Source: Octopus vulgaris
Lineage: Eukaryota
DNA: 64,000 nt
Direction of reading: 5' to 3'
NCBI GenBank assembly: GCA_951406725.2
Contig: OX597814.1
Location: 224,440,001-224,504,000, forward strand
Each line of letters starts with the position of its first letter. Positions within the stretch are counted from its first letter, which is position 1. Made by a program: the position numbers and the translations under genes. Of the stretch, positions 13,368 through 26,437 are shown one piece after another. Under the pieces are notes generated by a model. The model had not been told where the DNA came from, searched no databases, and was given only the letters and a program-made list of their open reading frames with translations.

Positions 13368-14264
13368 TGTGTGTGTTTGTGTTTGTGTGTGTGTGTGTAT
13401 GTATAGATACGTGCTGCATAAATAAATGTGCAGTTTTGTTGTTATGTGTATTTATTCATACATATTGTATCTCCTTAATTAACATAACCGGTTGAAATGT
13501 TATCCAAATTCATATAAACATGACTAATATCTTCAGGAATTCTGCATACTTTCCCTTCATTGACTACAACTAAAATATATTTAGTGAATACCATAGATAC
13601 TCTGTTGTCATATTATTTCTAAAATTAACTGCCATATAAAAGAATGAACGGTAAACCTGATTGAAATTTAATCAGAGTGCACTAGATTTACAATGATTGG
13701 TTTCTATCGCGAGAGGCTATCTCGCCTTAACTAGCAACTAAGTACATTAAAATTCAATTTCTAGTGACCTGGGTGGTACTGTTATGTTGGTATTAGGAAA
13801 TACCAATGTATATAAACTGGTGCAAGAAAGTTTAGTAAATTTGAAATCTTTATTACTATAGAAATAGTTGGTTACCGGCATAACTTATCGAGGCGTACCC
13901 CAAGTCACTTGCTATATAAGCTAATAACGTATTTATTGAAATATGTTGGATTATATGATTATTTCAAATTAACTGGAATCCAACGTCTGAGATTAAAATT
14001 AATGTTCCGAGAGGTTGCTATAATATAAAGAAAGTTGCTATTAACGATAAACATTAGTAATTTTCGAGGAAAATGCTAAATTGTATGTAAACATGATGTG
14101 CATATTATGCGTAAATGAGTACCCCACCCCGTACACACTCACAAATATGTTTACGGCAATATCGGTAACTTTTATCGTTATAACTTCACTTTTTAATATC
14201 TCTATTAATACATTTTTTCTCTCCCACTCTTTCTACTTACTATATATATATATATATATATATA

Positions 14265-14799
14265 TACAAAGTACACTCCACAAGTTTTAGACTTTTTCGG
14301 GAGGAACATTTACAAAGAAGAACAAAAGTCTTATCCCCTTCAAAGTAGGACCCTCTCACTTCAATGCATTTGTTATAGTGCTCCAGCTATTTCATGAAGG
14401 GCTCATGGAAACCCTCCAAAATGAAGATGTTCGGGACCTTTGTCACAGCCTCCTTCAAAACGACTGACCCAGATGTTTTCCTTCAACTAAGGGAACAATC
14501 AAAAAGTCACAGGGTGCAAGGTCTATACTGTAGGGAAGGTGAGGTACAGTTTTAGTGCCCATCTCTTTCTAGTAACTAGTTACCAGGATGCTCGTCACTG
14601 AATACCCTGGGAACAAGCTTAGCACAAATTTTCCCCATGTTCAGATCTTCATCTATAATTCTGTGTACAGTTGTCACACCAGCTCCAAACTGTCTACTAA
14701 TTGTCTTTATAGATACACGACAGTCTTTATCCAAATGACTTCGAATTTTCCCAACCAGCTCTGATGTTCGGACGTCCGTCTTCCTCTCACACCTCTCAT

Positions 14800-14863
<64 letters not shown>

Positions 14864-14960
14864 CTACCGACCTTGAGCCTCTTGTGTCAGCGGAAAAGTT
14901 AATCCAGAAGCAGCCTGGAACCTTTCATAAGCTTCTGTAGCGTTTTTGCCCAAAACATTT
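14265..14960 (-). pseudogene. mariner transposase remnant, internally deleted
   Basis: Minus-strand pieces TVHRIIDEDLNMGKICAKLVPRVF (WVPHEL-type linker), PHLPYSIDLAPCDF (YSPDLAP motif) and EHYNKCIEVRGSYFEGDK (C-terminus). Interrupted by (CT)n. Confidence 0.85.
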
Positions 14961-15087
14961 TAACATCCCGACTGCATTTTGCAAACTAGTCAGTTACGAC
15001 AAGCAGTGTTTAGTAGGGGGTCTCCAAAGTCCCCTTCAGTCTGGAATAGAAAAAGTTAGCTGGTCAACTTATTAGATGTATAGTAAT

Positions 15088-15301
15088 GCTTTCTACTTTA
15101 GGCACAAGGCCTCAGATTTGTGGGGAGAGGACTAGTCGATCGCATCGACCCCAGTGTTTCACTGGTACTTATTTTATCGACCCCGAAAGGATAAATGGCA
15201 AAGTCGACCTCGGCGGAATTCGAACTCAGAACGTAAAGAGAGACGAAATACTGCTAAGCATTTCGCCCGGCGTGCTAACGTTTCTGCCAGCTCACCAGTT
15301 C
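15088..15301 (-). mobile_element. SINE B monomer (tail 2) with TSD
   Basis: Family B body and tail ..CCCCACAAATCTGAGGCCTTGTGCCTAAAGTAGAAAG. TSD TTAGATGTATAG(T/C)AAT at 15072-15087 and 15302-15317. Confidence 0.9.
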
Positions 15302-16024
15302 TTAGATGTATAGCAATGATAGACTGAAATTACAATAATCTACGGGTTATAACTGCCTCTCCTAAAAGTTTCAAAACATCTGGAAAGCACCCGGTAAATA
15401 TTGTTTTATAAACATTACGTTCATTCTGCTACTGCTGTTCATTTTTAAATTGACGTCATGAATATTTTGCTCTGGTTAAGTTTCCCAATTTTCTAAGCAC
15501 AATGCTGATGACGTAGCAATCGCTCGCTGAGCTGAAAACAACGACCAATCGTTGTTCAAGTATTTCTCGTCCGTCATTAGGGTCATCTCCTTTAAACTCT
15601 CTTTCTGTCTGTCTGAAGACGTCATCTTCGATGCCTTCAGCGAAACGACCACTTGGGCTGTAATATTTCTCCCACTCAAGAAACCACTGGTGCGGAACCC
15701 GAATCATTTCCGTTGCAAAATTGCCCTTGCTATTTAGTATCCTCTCCTACTTGTGTTTCTGGCCAGCATACTAAATTTTCAAAGCTAATCAGTTTTCTAA
15801 TTCTAATGTTCCTAAGTATGTATCTCCACATCCCTCACAAAACTAGCCCTGGCCTGCTACACTCTCAAGTGGCTCTTTCATAGCTTCAATGGGAACATAA
15901 ACTGCCTACTACCAATAACTAGGAGGTTGCCATCGAAACGCCCGACAGGATAACTATCAAAAGAAAGAGAGTAAGAGAGAGAGAGAGAGAAAAAGAAGAG
16001 AAGAGAAGAGGGAAAGCTTCTATA

Positions 16025-16208
16025 CGGTTGCATGATCTGCTAGAAACAGCAACCAAATTTTAATGAAATCATACATTATCAACTTAGAAAAGAACACATT
16101 AATCATAGCCCTTAAACATGCCAGGTTACCGATATGTCATGATTAGGGAACTTCTGCTCGTATGCCTGATCAACTGGGGCGAAGCTAGCGCTAAACAATA
16201 ACAACAAA
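16025..16208 (+). mobile_element. old dispersed repeat (family D) ending in (AAC)n
   Basis: CTGCTAGAAACAGCAACCAAAT..CTGATCAA..GCTAAACAATAACAAC. Diverged relatives at about 6978-7145, 32515-32690 (-), 44570-44765 (-) and 59098-59275. Confidence 0.55.
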
Positions 16209-16873
16209 ACTATGAAGAAAGCAAAAGTTACTTTCGTGCAATGTTCGGCATACAAACTTTCTCGTGTCCCAAATTGCAGCTGGAGATTTCTGTTGTCAAA
16301 ATGCACCCTGCGATTCGTTTATCTTCAACGAAAGTCGATCTTTAAGTAGTGCACCTGCGGATAAATCTACCACATTCGCTCGATGTTTTGCTATCATTAT
16401 CACTCTGTATACAATCACAATATACTTCCCGTGATCCTTGTTTCCTGACTTGTCACAATTCATTCACACATTCACCAAGCCCAACAACTTGTTTCCTCTA
16501 CAAGTCAAATGAGCTCCTATGTGGTCACTAATTTGATTGCATACGGACTCCATCCGCCTATCATACCTTAGCAATACCACTCAAGGCCTCCTTCAAACTA
16601 CATCTTATAGTCTTATGAAAACAATACAATGGCTGCCATCCTACGTACGGCGTATCTGGCAAACAAAATAAGACGTAATGGCCATTGTTGAAATTAATCA
16701 TAGTTTTGCTTTATTTGAACTTTCCTAGAGATAAATACAAAAAAAAGCAAGTTATTCCTTCCAATTCGTCAAAGACTATTTTCCTGACAATGTTCATTTC
16801 ATTAATCTTAAGCATTTTCTTATTTACACTCTTACTTTTCTCCTCTGTCTGGCAGTCTGTCTGTCTGTCTGTG

Positions 16874-16965
<92 letters not shown>

Positions 16966-17029
16966 GCTATCCTTCTGTTTATACATCTCAAGTTTACAAG
17001 GGTTTACTAACTTATGGAAACACACAGTA

Positions 17030-17470
17030 AGGCGTACCTTCTTGAAAACAAAAAAGGTGACTTCTGTCGTATGAAAAATGCTCTTCTCTCTTATTCTAAT
17101 CCCATGTGAAGAAACCTGCCTCCATCACTACCTGCCATTATTCCGAGCCAAAATGAAAATTTCCACAGTTGTTTGATTTGCCAAAAATGACATTCAAACC
17201 TCCTTTCAATTACTCTCCTAGAACATGTAATCGGAGTGCCTGTGGATTCCATCTGTTTCTCATCGCCTACATAGAAAACTATCCTGTCAGACTACCCTAA
17301 CAGGGTTCTCGCCTACATTATATCAATCAGTTCAAGGTTTCTCATACATACTTCCTCTTGTATATCAATGACGTCGCTGTCACTTTTAAAACCGCACATT
17401 CCGACGCAAATGACAACATCCTACGCTTCTTCTGTGCAAGTGAGTCATCCATCTTCACGCGATCTAAACA
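17030..17470 (+). pseudogene. highly decayed LINE (CR1/Jockey-like) reverse transcriptase remnant
   Basis: Pieces KKGD.., FLLYINDV and HSDANDNIL match decayed PKKGD..NYRPI, FLLYINDL and HSYADDSTL motifs. The remnant may extend upstream to about 15700. Confidence 0.45.
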
Positions 17471-17807
17471 TCCTACGCCATCTTTGTACTGAGTGCAACA
17501 TGCAAATGTGACGTAACAACGTAGGGATTTTCAATAACCTCAAAGCAGACAAACAGTATTGTAAACTGTTCCACCCACACGTGAACAGCACATAGTTGAT
17601 CTACATTGAATTTCTTACCGTAACCAGCTAAACCTCACAATCTTTGACGTCCGCTTATGGGTTCATATGGTGGAAATGCTCACATGGCCAAACACACGTA
17701 CGGACGCACACGCGCGTGCGCCTATACATGTCTCAAACGTACATACATCTCACATACAATCGCACGCACTCCTTCCACGCACACACACGCATACACACAC
17801 ACCTCTT

Positions 17808-17839
<32 letters not shown>

Positions 17840-18036
17840 GCGCGCGCGCGTGCGCACACACATACTCACATAGCATGCATATATCACCAAAAGAAAAGCT
17901 TAAAGCACTCATGAGCAACTTGCGGCCCACAAGATTATCTGAGTGACACTCCTAACGGAAAATTATCTTCAATATTTCAAGTAGTGCCTGTCTGACAAAG
18001 AAACAAGTGCCATGGCTGAAGCTTCTTGATAAATAT

Positions 18037-18060
18037 AGACAGACAGACAGACAGACAGGC

Positions 18061-18157
<97 letters not shown>

Positions 18158-18172
18158 TACATACAGACAGAC

Positions 18173-18207
<35 letters not shown>

Positions 18208-18314
18208 CAGACAGGTAGGCAGACAGACAGACACAGACAGACAGACAGACAGACAGGCAGGCAGACAGATAGACAGGCAGGCAGACAGACAGACAGACAG
18301 ACAGATGGACAGAC

Positions 18315-18365
<51 letters not shown>

Positions 18366-18405
18366 AAGACAGACAGGCAGGCAGACAGATAGATAGATAG
18401 AGAGA
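18037..18405. repeat. compound (GACA)n/(GATA)n/(GGCA)n microsatellite
   Basis: Directly visible. Confidence 0.95.
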
Positions 18406-18904
18406 GAGGGGGGGCAGATGGGTAAACAGATTCAAAGTATAATCTTCCTGTGTATCACCAAAAATATTTAATCTTTAACCATTTGCCAATCCTATTCAAA
18501 ATTTTAATGCGTTCTTTCCAGTAGAAAATTGCTCACATATTAGGGATAGAGTTGCTTCTAGGCATACAACATCCTATGTGCGTTTCAAAAGAAGGCCGTC
18601 TGTCTACTGAAGTTTTCTCTGTCGCTATTGTAATAGACAGTTCTTTAATCTAAAATTAGATTTCTCCGACTCAGCATAAACTCCTTCGTTCTTATTGTAG
18701 TAGTGGGGGAGAAAATCGTCTTGACAGAACAGCCAACAATCTGCCGATAGCGAAAATGGCTTGGAAACACCTACCGCGATTTTGCTCATTGTTTTAGAAA
18801 CCTATCTAGTCGAAAGCATAGACATCCTCAGCACGTTCAGGGTGTGACGAATGGAGAGAGAGAGAGGGAGAGAGAGAGATGTACTAGGATCCAACTTCGT
18901 AAAT

Positions 18905-19025
18905 TAGAGCAACGTGAAATGAAGTGTTTTGCTCAAGAACACAACATACTACCCAATTCAGGAACTGAACCTACAGTCTGGTGATCATGAGCCGAATGCT
19001 CTAACCCACTAGGCCACACGCTTTC
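18905..19025 (-). mobile_element. SINE family C head fragment
   Basis: Minus: GTGTGGCCTAGTGGGTTAGAGCATTCGGCTC..GGTTCAGTTCC..TTGTGTTCTTGAGCAAAACACTT, homologous to 22838-23155. Confidence 0.7.
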
Positions 19026-19050
19026 ACACATCGACATGCAGATGTACAAT

Positions 19051-19720
19051 ATTCTTTTTTACTCTAGGCAGAAGGCCCGACATTTTTGGGGAGAGGGCCA
19101 GTCGATTAGATCGACTTCAGTATACAACTTAATTTATCGACCACGAAAGTACTTAATTTATCGACCACGAAAGGATGAAAGGCAAAGTCGACCTCGGCGG
19201 AATTTGAACTCAGAACGTAACGGCAGACGAAATACCGCTAATCATTTCGACCGGCGTGCTGACGTTTCTTATTTTTTTTCCACAAGGGCTAAACAGAAAG
19301 AACAAACATAGAAGGACAGGCAAAGGATTTAAGTCGATTACATCGACCCCAGTGCGTAACTGGTACTTATTTAATCGACCCCGAAAGGATGAAAGGCAAA
19401 GTCGACCTCGGCGGTATTTGAACTCAGAACGTAACGGCAGACGAAATACCGCTAATCATTTCGACCGGCGTGCTGACGTTTCTTATTTCTTTATTGCCCA
19501 CAAGGGGCTAAACACAGAAAGGGGACAAACAAGGGACAGGCATAGGTATTAAGTCGATTACATCGAACCCCAGTGCGTAACTGATACTTATTTAATCGAC
19601 CCCGAAAGGATGAAAGGCAAAGTCGACCTCGGCGGAATTTGAACTGAGAACGTAACGGCAGACGAAATACTGCTAAGCATTTCGCCCGGCGTGCTGACGT
19701 TTCTGCCAGCTCACCGCCTT
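19051..19720 (-). mobile_element. SINE B trimer bounded by one TSD
   Basis: Three head-to-tail B bodies (tail1, tail1, tail2). TSD ATG(C/T)AGATGTACAAT at 19036-19050 and 19721-19735. Confidence 0.9.
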
Positions 19721-20578
19721 ATGTAGATGTACAATGTTGTGCATAAGTAGGCGGGAACAATTAGCACGTTACAATACATCCTCTGTTACTGATGTTATGC
19801 AGACATATAGCTGCATGCTATATATATATGTGTGTGTGTATGTTGTGTGTGTGTGTGTGCTGTATATATGTATGTATATTTATGCAGTTGCAAGTGTTAC
19901 TAATTCTTATTCAACTCATTTACCACCTCAAATGAATAAGTAAATAAATAAATAAATATATGCAAATAACAGAGCTTTTAATAAAAGTGTAGGTGTTTGT
20001 ACCTCTGAACTACAAAGTAATCCTATACGAGGTTAGTATGTTGTGTCTTGCGTTTCTATTTCTCTCTCATGTTCACTTTATGTACACAAGTAAACTACTG
20101 TGCTTGGAAAATGTTAATATACATCTTACTTTTCAATCCTAGTTTGAAGTCCAGAACTAAAATACATTAAGTTGTATGACTAATGAAGACTGTCATTTTT
20201 TAAAAAAATGTTCTTATCAAGACCAAAGCTAAATCTTTCTCTTTGTTAATATGAAGAATTCCCAGATTCCACTGTTGCACATTGGTGAGAAATTCCAAAT
20301 GTCGACTTACCATTTGCCAACTGTCTTTGACGCCGAATGTCTGATGGTGTCATTTAACTTAAGATTTGCAGCTGACAACGCTGTGTCTTTGTTTCGGTTA
20401 ATAATAGTTATGTTGTTCTTGTTGGTTTTATTGTATATTCCAAGCCTGCGTTATTGCTCAACCGAAAAACCGTGAGAACTCCGTTCTATCACGCAGCTGT
20501 CTAAAGAATCCGTTGTTATAGATAAGAAAGATATTATTGAAAACACACACACATAGGTACTCTTGTGTGTGTGTGTGT

Positions 20579-20628
<50 letters not shown>

Positions 20629-20905
20629 CAAAGATAGAGTGAGAGAGAGAGAGAGTGAGTGAGATAGAGAATGAGAGAGAGTATATGAATCATGCATATA
20701 CACCCATTATCTATTTTTTCTACCTTTGTTTAAATAGACGTATTTGTATAAGAAACGTCGTAACTTATAGTGCTGGTTCAGATTTTCTATCGAAAATCTA
20801 CAGTTTATCACTTAAAAATGAGAATATCGCACTGCTAACACAAAAAACAAGAGACGATATCAGTGGCCCAGGAACGAAATTTGAGTGCAAACCCAGGTCC
20901 AAAAT

Positions 20906-21470
20906 TATATAGTCTATTGACTAATTATTCTATACGCTTGGCCACTGGTAGTAAAAATTTCTAAAATCTTTATTACCCTGATATTATTAATTATGTATAA
21001 TGATTTCTAGTAGATTCGTTCGAAGAATTTGCCGGCATCTTTTTGCTGCCGACAAAAAAGTCTGCTCTTGCGCGATGGATTTGAAACGAATTTTAAATGT
21101 ATAAGCAATGAGGCACATGCTGGAATGGCCTCGTTGTTTATATATTTAATTTTTGGCGTCCCTGTTGATGAAGACTTCGCCTGGTAAATTATTTTATTTA
21201 CTAATAAAATAAGTCAGAAACCATTGATCCAGGACGGAGATGGTAAATGTTTTCATTTTTCATTCCCTTCGAGCATTTATGCCTAGTTAGTGGTTTGGAC
21301 TTTAGCTATTCTTTTTAGCGTAAAGGATTCCTATGATGGAAACATCTTAATGTGTTTACATGTACACTGTATTTTATATGAATAATATATAGTCTATTGA
21401 CTAATTTTTCTATACGCTAGGCTACTGGTAGTAAAAATTTCTAAAATCTTTATTACCCTGATATTACTAA
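20906..21470 (+). mobile_element. retrozyme/PLE-pLTR-like unit with about 85-bp direct repeats (480-bp period)
   Basis: AGTCTATTGACTAAT..TTACCCTGATATTA starts at 20911 and 21391. It contains an HHR motif and ends in a long (TA)n. Confidence 0.65.
21157..21236 (+). ncRNA. decayed type-I hammerhead ribozyme
   Basis: Stem I CCTG/CAGG, core TTGATGA (21165-21171), stem II GACTT..AAGTC with an internal AT-rich hairpin, GAAA (21217-21220), then CCATTG-ATC. Confidence 0.6.
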
Positions 21471-21482
21471 ATATATATATAT

Positions 21483-21567
<85 letters not shown>

Positions 21568-22144
21568 CTTACATACCTGCATACATACAATACAGTATTG
21601 TTCAATAGAGTAGATGCAGGTCAGTATAAGAATGAAGGTAAAGATACATAAAGGAGAATAGAAATAAAATTAGATACAGAAATTGAATTAACCTTAATAA
21701 TAAGTGTAATTTCTTTGAGATGTGACCGTTTAGGCAAAGATGCAGGAATGGGTGATACTAGAAGAGAGTGCAGTGGGGAAAGCTAGTAGTAAGTGAACAT
21801 AAATAGGGAACACACACACATGCACATATATACACACAAACTCACGTACAAGTGATAATCAGGAAAGAAAATAGGAAACTCGATAGTTCTGAGGAGTGAA
21901 TATGTTTATGTACAGTACAATGGTTCCGAGTTTAACAGTGACTGACTGTGGCTGCCATGATAAAATTTTTGAATGTTTGTATGTTTTCATAATGTCTTAA
22001 TGACTTGGTATCGATAATTTCTAGTTTTGCGAAATTGACCTTATCAAGTTTCGTGCTAAGGCAGCTATTTAATTTGTGGGGTAACTGCTGATTTCTCACG
22101 AGTTCAACATAGGTGTTGTGTGTTTGACTATTTTTTAACAGTGC

Positions 22145-22376
22145 AAGGCGGTGAGCTGGCAGAAACGTTAGCACGCCGGGCGAAATGCTGAGCGGTATTT
22201 CGTCGGCCGTTACGTTCTGAGTTCAAATTCCGCCGAGGTCGACTTTGTCTTTCATCCTTTCGGTGTCGATAAAATAAGTACCAGTTACGCACTGGGGTCG
22301 ATATAATCGACTTAATCCATTTGTCTGTCCTTGTTTTTCCCCTCTGTGTTTAGCCCCTTGTGGGCAGAAAAGAAAT
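22145..22376 (+). mobile_element. SINE B monomer (tail 1)
   Basis: Full family B sequence. Flanking TATTTTT(T)AACAGT duplicated. Confidence 0.92.
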
Positions 22377-22384
22377 ATATTTTT

Positions 22385-22760
22385 AACAGTTGTCTTAACG
22401 TCTTGCGGGCAACTAATTTCCACTACTGTGTACAGTTTCTTTCTTCTGTCCCAGATCATGGAACCCGCTCTGTTGAGCTTGTATTTTATTGGAGCGTTAG
22501 CTTGAACATTCCCCCTTTCATATAATGGCTATTAAAGTCTTCGCCCCTCATCACTGTAACTTCTTGCATGATTCGCAGGATTATCCTTTCTACGGATTGC
22601 TATGTACAATGTTTCTGGCGTGACATCATGCTTCACAGGTAGGTAATAGCGAAATAACATTTTTGGACAGCCTCCTGTCTTGTTGTGGTTGATACTCACA
22701 GTGTTAATTCTTCATCAGCTATTGAAGCTAGGTAGTTTAATTTCATTCCTGCCCGTCTCT
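22385..22760 (-). pseudogene. R4/Dong-type (restriction-like endonuclease) non-LTR retrotransposon fragment
   Basis: Minus pieces KMLFRYYLPVKHDV..LYIAIRRK (post-zinc-knuckle RHD motif) and IWDRRKKLYTVVEISCPQD (RLE PD..E core). Confidence 0.7.
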
Positions 22761-22837
22761 GTTGCGCAAGAAGTACCTTTGAATGTAACCTTGATGTTTA
22801 AACGTTTTTCTAAGAAATTGTTTCAAGACATTTCTGC

Positions 22838-23155
22838 GAAAGTGCGTGGCTTAGTGCTTAGGATTTTCGGCTTACTATTGTAAGGTTGTGAGTTCGATTT
22901 CCAACGGCGCATTGTGTCCTTGAGCAAGGCACTTTACTTCACCCTGCTCCAGTCCACTTAGCTGGATAAAATGAGTAGTACCTGTATGTCTAGAGGCCAT
23001 CCTTGTCACTTAATGTGTCATGCTGAATCGCCCTGAGAACTACGTTGATGGTATGCGTGTCTGTGGAGTACTCAGTACGTTAATTTCACGAGCAGGCCGT
23101 TCCGTTAATCGGATCAACTAGAACCCTTGTCCTCGTAACCAACGGAGTGCCAGTT
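22838..23155 (+). mobile_element. tRNA-derived SINE family C
   Basis: A box GTGGCTTAGTGCTTAGG, B box GAGTTCGATTTCC, central GTGTCCTTGAGCAAGGCACTTTA, tail ..CGTAACCAACGGAGTGCC. A 3' fragment also lies at about 39133-39255 (-). Confidence 0.8.
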
Positions 23156-23242
23156 TTTCAAAACATCCTGCTAACTTCTATATTTAGGAATAACTTCTTC
23201 CCGCTAACAAGACAAATTTCACCTCACCCAATTAAGAAGGTA

Positions 23243-23281
<39 letters not shown>

Positions 23282-23393
23282 CACATACACACACAGGAGC
23301 AATCGCTGTCGCTTACATTTCAAATCGATTACATTGCTATGTTGCTTCGGAGTAGTCCCTTTTCTTCGTGTGCAGGCCAGATCAACCTGTATT

Positions 23394-23478
<85 letters not shown>

Positions 23479-23953
23479 TGTATGTATGTATGTATGTATG
23501 TATGTATATATATCAGCCTATGAAAAGGTCATCCATTATGTTTCACGCAGAAGTGTGTGGGTTGAAAAATTATTTACCTGTGCAAATATATAAGTACATC
23601 CGTTGTTTAATAACTTTCAGACAGCACCTGTTAAACAATAGTACTAAAAATAAATATATAAACTTCGTGCTGAAAAACAAAGAGCAATATCCTACGTATC
23701 GGCAGTGAGATCCTCAGGAAGTACTCGGTTCCTGATGGCCTTCCATACAACATGCAAACAAGACCTGCTTATGAAATGATTTGCATACAAACAAGAAACA
23801 AAATTATGGGTAGGTATGTTACCGGAAAAAATTTTGAAGATGACACTAATATCGACATGAAATGCAGCCTTTCTTGGACTCATGACCACTGCATCGCATG
23901 ACACTTCGAGAACTATGCGTTTCCACACACACAGACAGACAGACAGACAGACA

Positions 23954-23989
<36 letters not shown>

Positions 23990-24114
23990 AACAAACGAAT
24001 ACACACACATACACACACACACGTACAAACACAGAAATATATATGCCTATGTATATGTGTTTATATATACATATATGTTGTTGTGTATTATCACATCATA
24101 TGTTGTTGTGTTAT

Positions 24115-24116
24115 TA

Positions 24117-24152
<36 letters not shown>

Positions 24153-24425
24153 GTTTTTTTATCACAGGTTTTGCTGGAGCTCCTAGAGTTTTGCATACGT
24201 AACGGGATAACTACGATGCCATGCTATTCGTTCTTTTCAGTTCTATCTAATACTTTCCTGATTATTCTGGCCGAGCCAAGAAGGCAAACCTTTTGTAACA
24301 GTTCTATTGGGCACTCTATCCCAATTCCCTTTATATTCCTCTTGATGCCTTCTACTACTGTCCCCAAGGACCCAACAGTAATTGACACTATCTTCACCTT
24401 CATTTTCCATAGCCAGGCTATTTCT
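24115..24425 (-). mobile_element. 3' end of a Dong/R4-like retrotransposon with (TAA)n tail
   Basis: ORF 24224-24445 has EIAWLWKMKVKIVSITVGSLGTV..LQKVCLLGSARIIRKVLD, the typical R4-clade C-terminus, followed by a short 3' UTR and (TAA)n at about 24120-24152. Confidence 0.85.
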
Positions 24426-24600
24426 AGGTCGACTTTACCTTTCATCCTTTCAAGCTCTATTTAAGTAAATAACAGTTTTATATCCTTTCGGGGACAGTAA
24501 AACAGGTACCAGTTGAGCACCAGGAGTAATGCAATCGACAAGCACCCACCAACCCATCCCACCTCAAAAATTTCAGCCCTTGTGCTTATATTCGAAAGAA
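24426..24600 (+). mobile_element. SINE B (tail 2) fragment, diverged
   Basis: GGTCGACTTTACCTTTCATCCTTTC..GTACCAGTTGAGCAC..AAAATTTCAGCCCTTGTGC. Confidence 0.75.
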
Positions 24601-24639
24601 TTATTATTACCTAACTTTGAAATAGATATATTTATTTAT

Positions 24640-25016
24640 TCTTTTATTCTCTTAAATGTTTCAGTCATTTGACTACGGCAATGCTGGAGCACCGCCTTGA
24701 AGGGCTTTCGTCGAAGAAATTGATCCCAGGACTTATTCTATCGGCCTCTTTTGCTGAACCGTTAAGTTACAGGCATATTAACACACTAACATCGGTTGTG
24801 AAGCGATGGTGGGTGAACAAACACAGACACACATGAATATATATGTATATACACGACGGGCTTCTTTCAGTTTCCGTCTACCAAATCCACTCACAAGGCT
24901 TTGGTCGGCCCGATCTATAGTAGAAGACACTTGCCCAAGGTGCCACGCAGTGGGACTGAACCCAGAAATATGTGGTTGGGAAGTAAGCTTCTTACCACAC
25001 AGACCCGCCTGCGCCT
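24640..25016 (-). mobile_element. SINE A
   Basis: Full homology on the minus strand. Confidence 0.9.
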
Positions 25017-25459
25017 TAATATATTTCGGTGAAATATTTTAAGCGTCTATCCTAAGACAACAAAATCGCATTTTTCTACAAAGACACTCGCTCGCCTATT
25101 CAAACAAATAGATAATATTTATAACTGCTCACCCGCGCATTAAGATCAAGATTTTCTGCTTCTGTTTTTTCTTTTATTCTTTCCGAGGAAGGAATGCCGT
25201 GACGTCATTCGATCCAATGTCAACAGATTATAATTCTAGCGACACCGGTTTTTCGCTTAGTCTTATTGAATTCAATTCTCACTTTTACGAAACCGACTTT
25301 TTGTTGTTGCGGTTTAGCCGTAGGTCAGTTAAAGGCGTTCTAACCTCGACCACCACCCTATCTTGTTTTTCTTACGCTTTTGTTATGGAATGTGTCATTT
25401 TGATTTTAAGACAGTAGAATATGATATTTGGTTGTTATTTTTGTCAATTAAAGACAATG

Positions 25460-25975
25460 GTGGGCAATAATGGTAGCGGGTGTTGTATTTGTTTGGTAAT
25501 GGTGGTGATAATGGTGTTGGTGATGATAGTGATGATGGTGGTGGTGGCGATAATGACGTTGTGGACTTAGTGGTGTGGATGATGACAATAATGTTGATGG
25601 CAACAGTGGTGATGGTGGAGGTGGCTTCATAGTGCTGGTGGTGAATGCACTAGAGGTGCTGTAGAAACGGTGGTGGGGTGGTAGTGATGTTGATGGTAGT
25701 GGTGGTGGTGGTGGTGGTGGTGGTGGTCGTAGTGGTTCTGAAAGCGATGTATTGTGACGATATTGACGAGTGGCGATGTTGGTGTTGGTGGCGACAAGTA
25801 AGGGGCGTTGTAGTGATGATATTTGTGCCGGTGGCGAACCTGGTGTTGGTGGGAATAAGTAGTTAGGTAGTCATAGAGATGGTGATGGCGATGCTGGTGG
25901 TGTAGGTGGTGGTGGTGGTGGTGGTACTCGTAATTATTGAGGTGGGGTGGTGTGATGATAGAGGTGGTGTGGAGA
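25460..25975. repeat. degenerate (GGT/GAT)n low-complexity region
   Basis: Directly visible. Confidence 0.85.
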
Positions 25976-26073
25976 CGTCTGTTACGTTGATAATGGTGCT
26001 AAGCTTGTTGTAAGTAGTTGAACCATGTTCAGAGTAGTTGTGAGGAAACCGGTGGCGGTGACGAGCGTAGAAC

Positions 26074-26390
26074 GTGTGTGTGTGTGTGTGTGTGTGTGCC
26101 TGCGTGCTTGTTTATGTGTGTTTGTATATACCTCTGTATATATGTATGTGTTTGTACGTCTGTGTGTTCATGTATGTATGTGCGCGCGTGTGTGTGTGTG
26201 TATATACGTCTGTGTGTGTATGTATATGTCTTTGTGTGTGTGTGCTTATATGTGTGTTTACGTGTGTGTTTATACGTCTGTGTGTGTTTGTATACACCTC
26301 TGTATATATGTATGTGTCTGTACGTCTGTGTGTTCATGTATGTGTGTGCGCGCGTATGTGTGTGTATATACGTCTGTGTGTGTATGTATA

Positions 26391-26432
<42 letters not shown>

Positions 26433-26437
26433 TGTGT
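26074..26437. repeat. (TG/TA) compound repeat with an internal duplication of about 115 bp
   Basis: TGTTTGTATA(T/C)ACCTCTGTATATATG..GTATATGTC occurs at about 26119 and 26285. Confidence 0.85.

Noticed and set aside
15505-15545. CTGATGA..GAAA as a hammerhead (likewise CTGANGA hits near 6943, 41960, 58086 and 60686)
   Set aside because: No stem II closing onto GAAA and no stem I/III.
22838-22915. tRNA gene (also the heads of SINE A and B)
   Set aside because: A/B boxes only. No complete cloverleaf, and the sequence continues into a SINE body.
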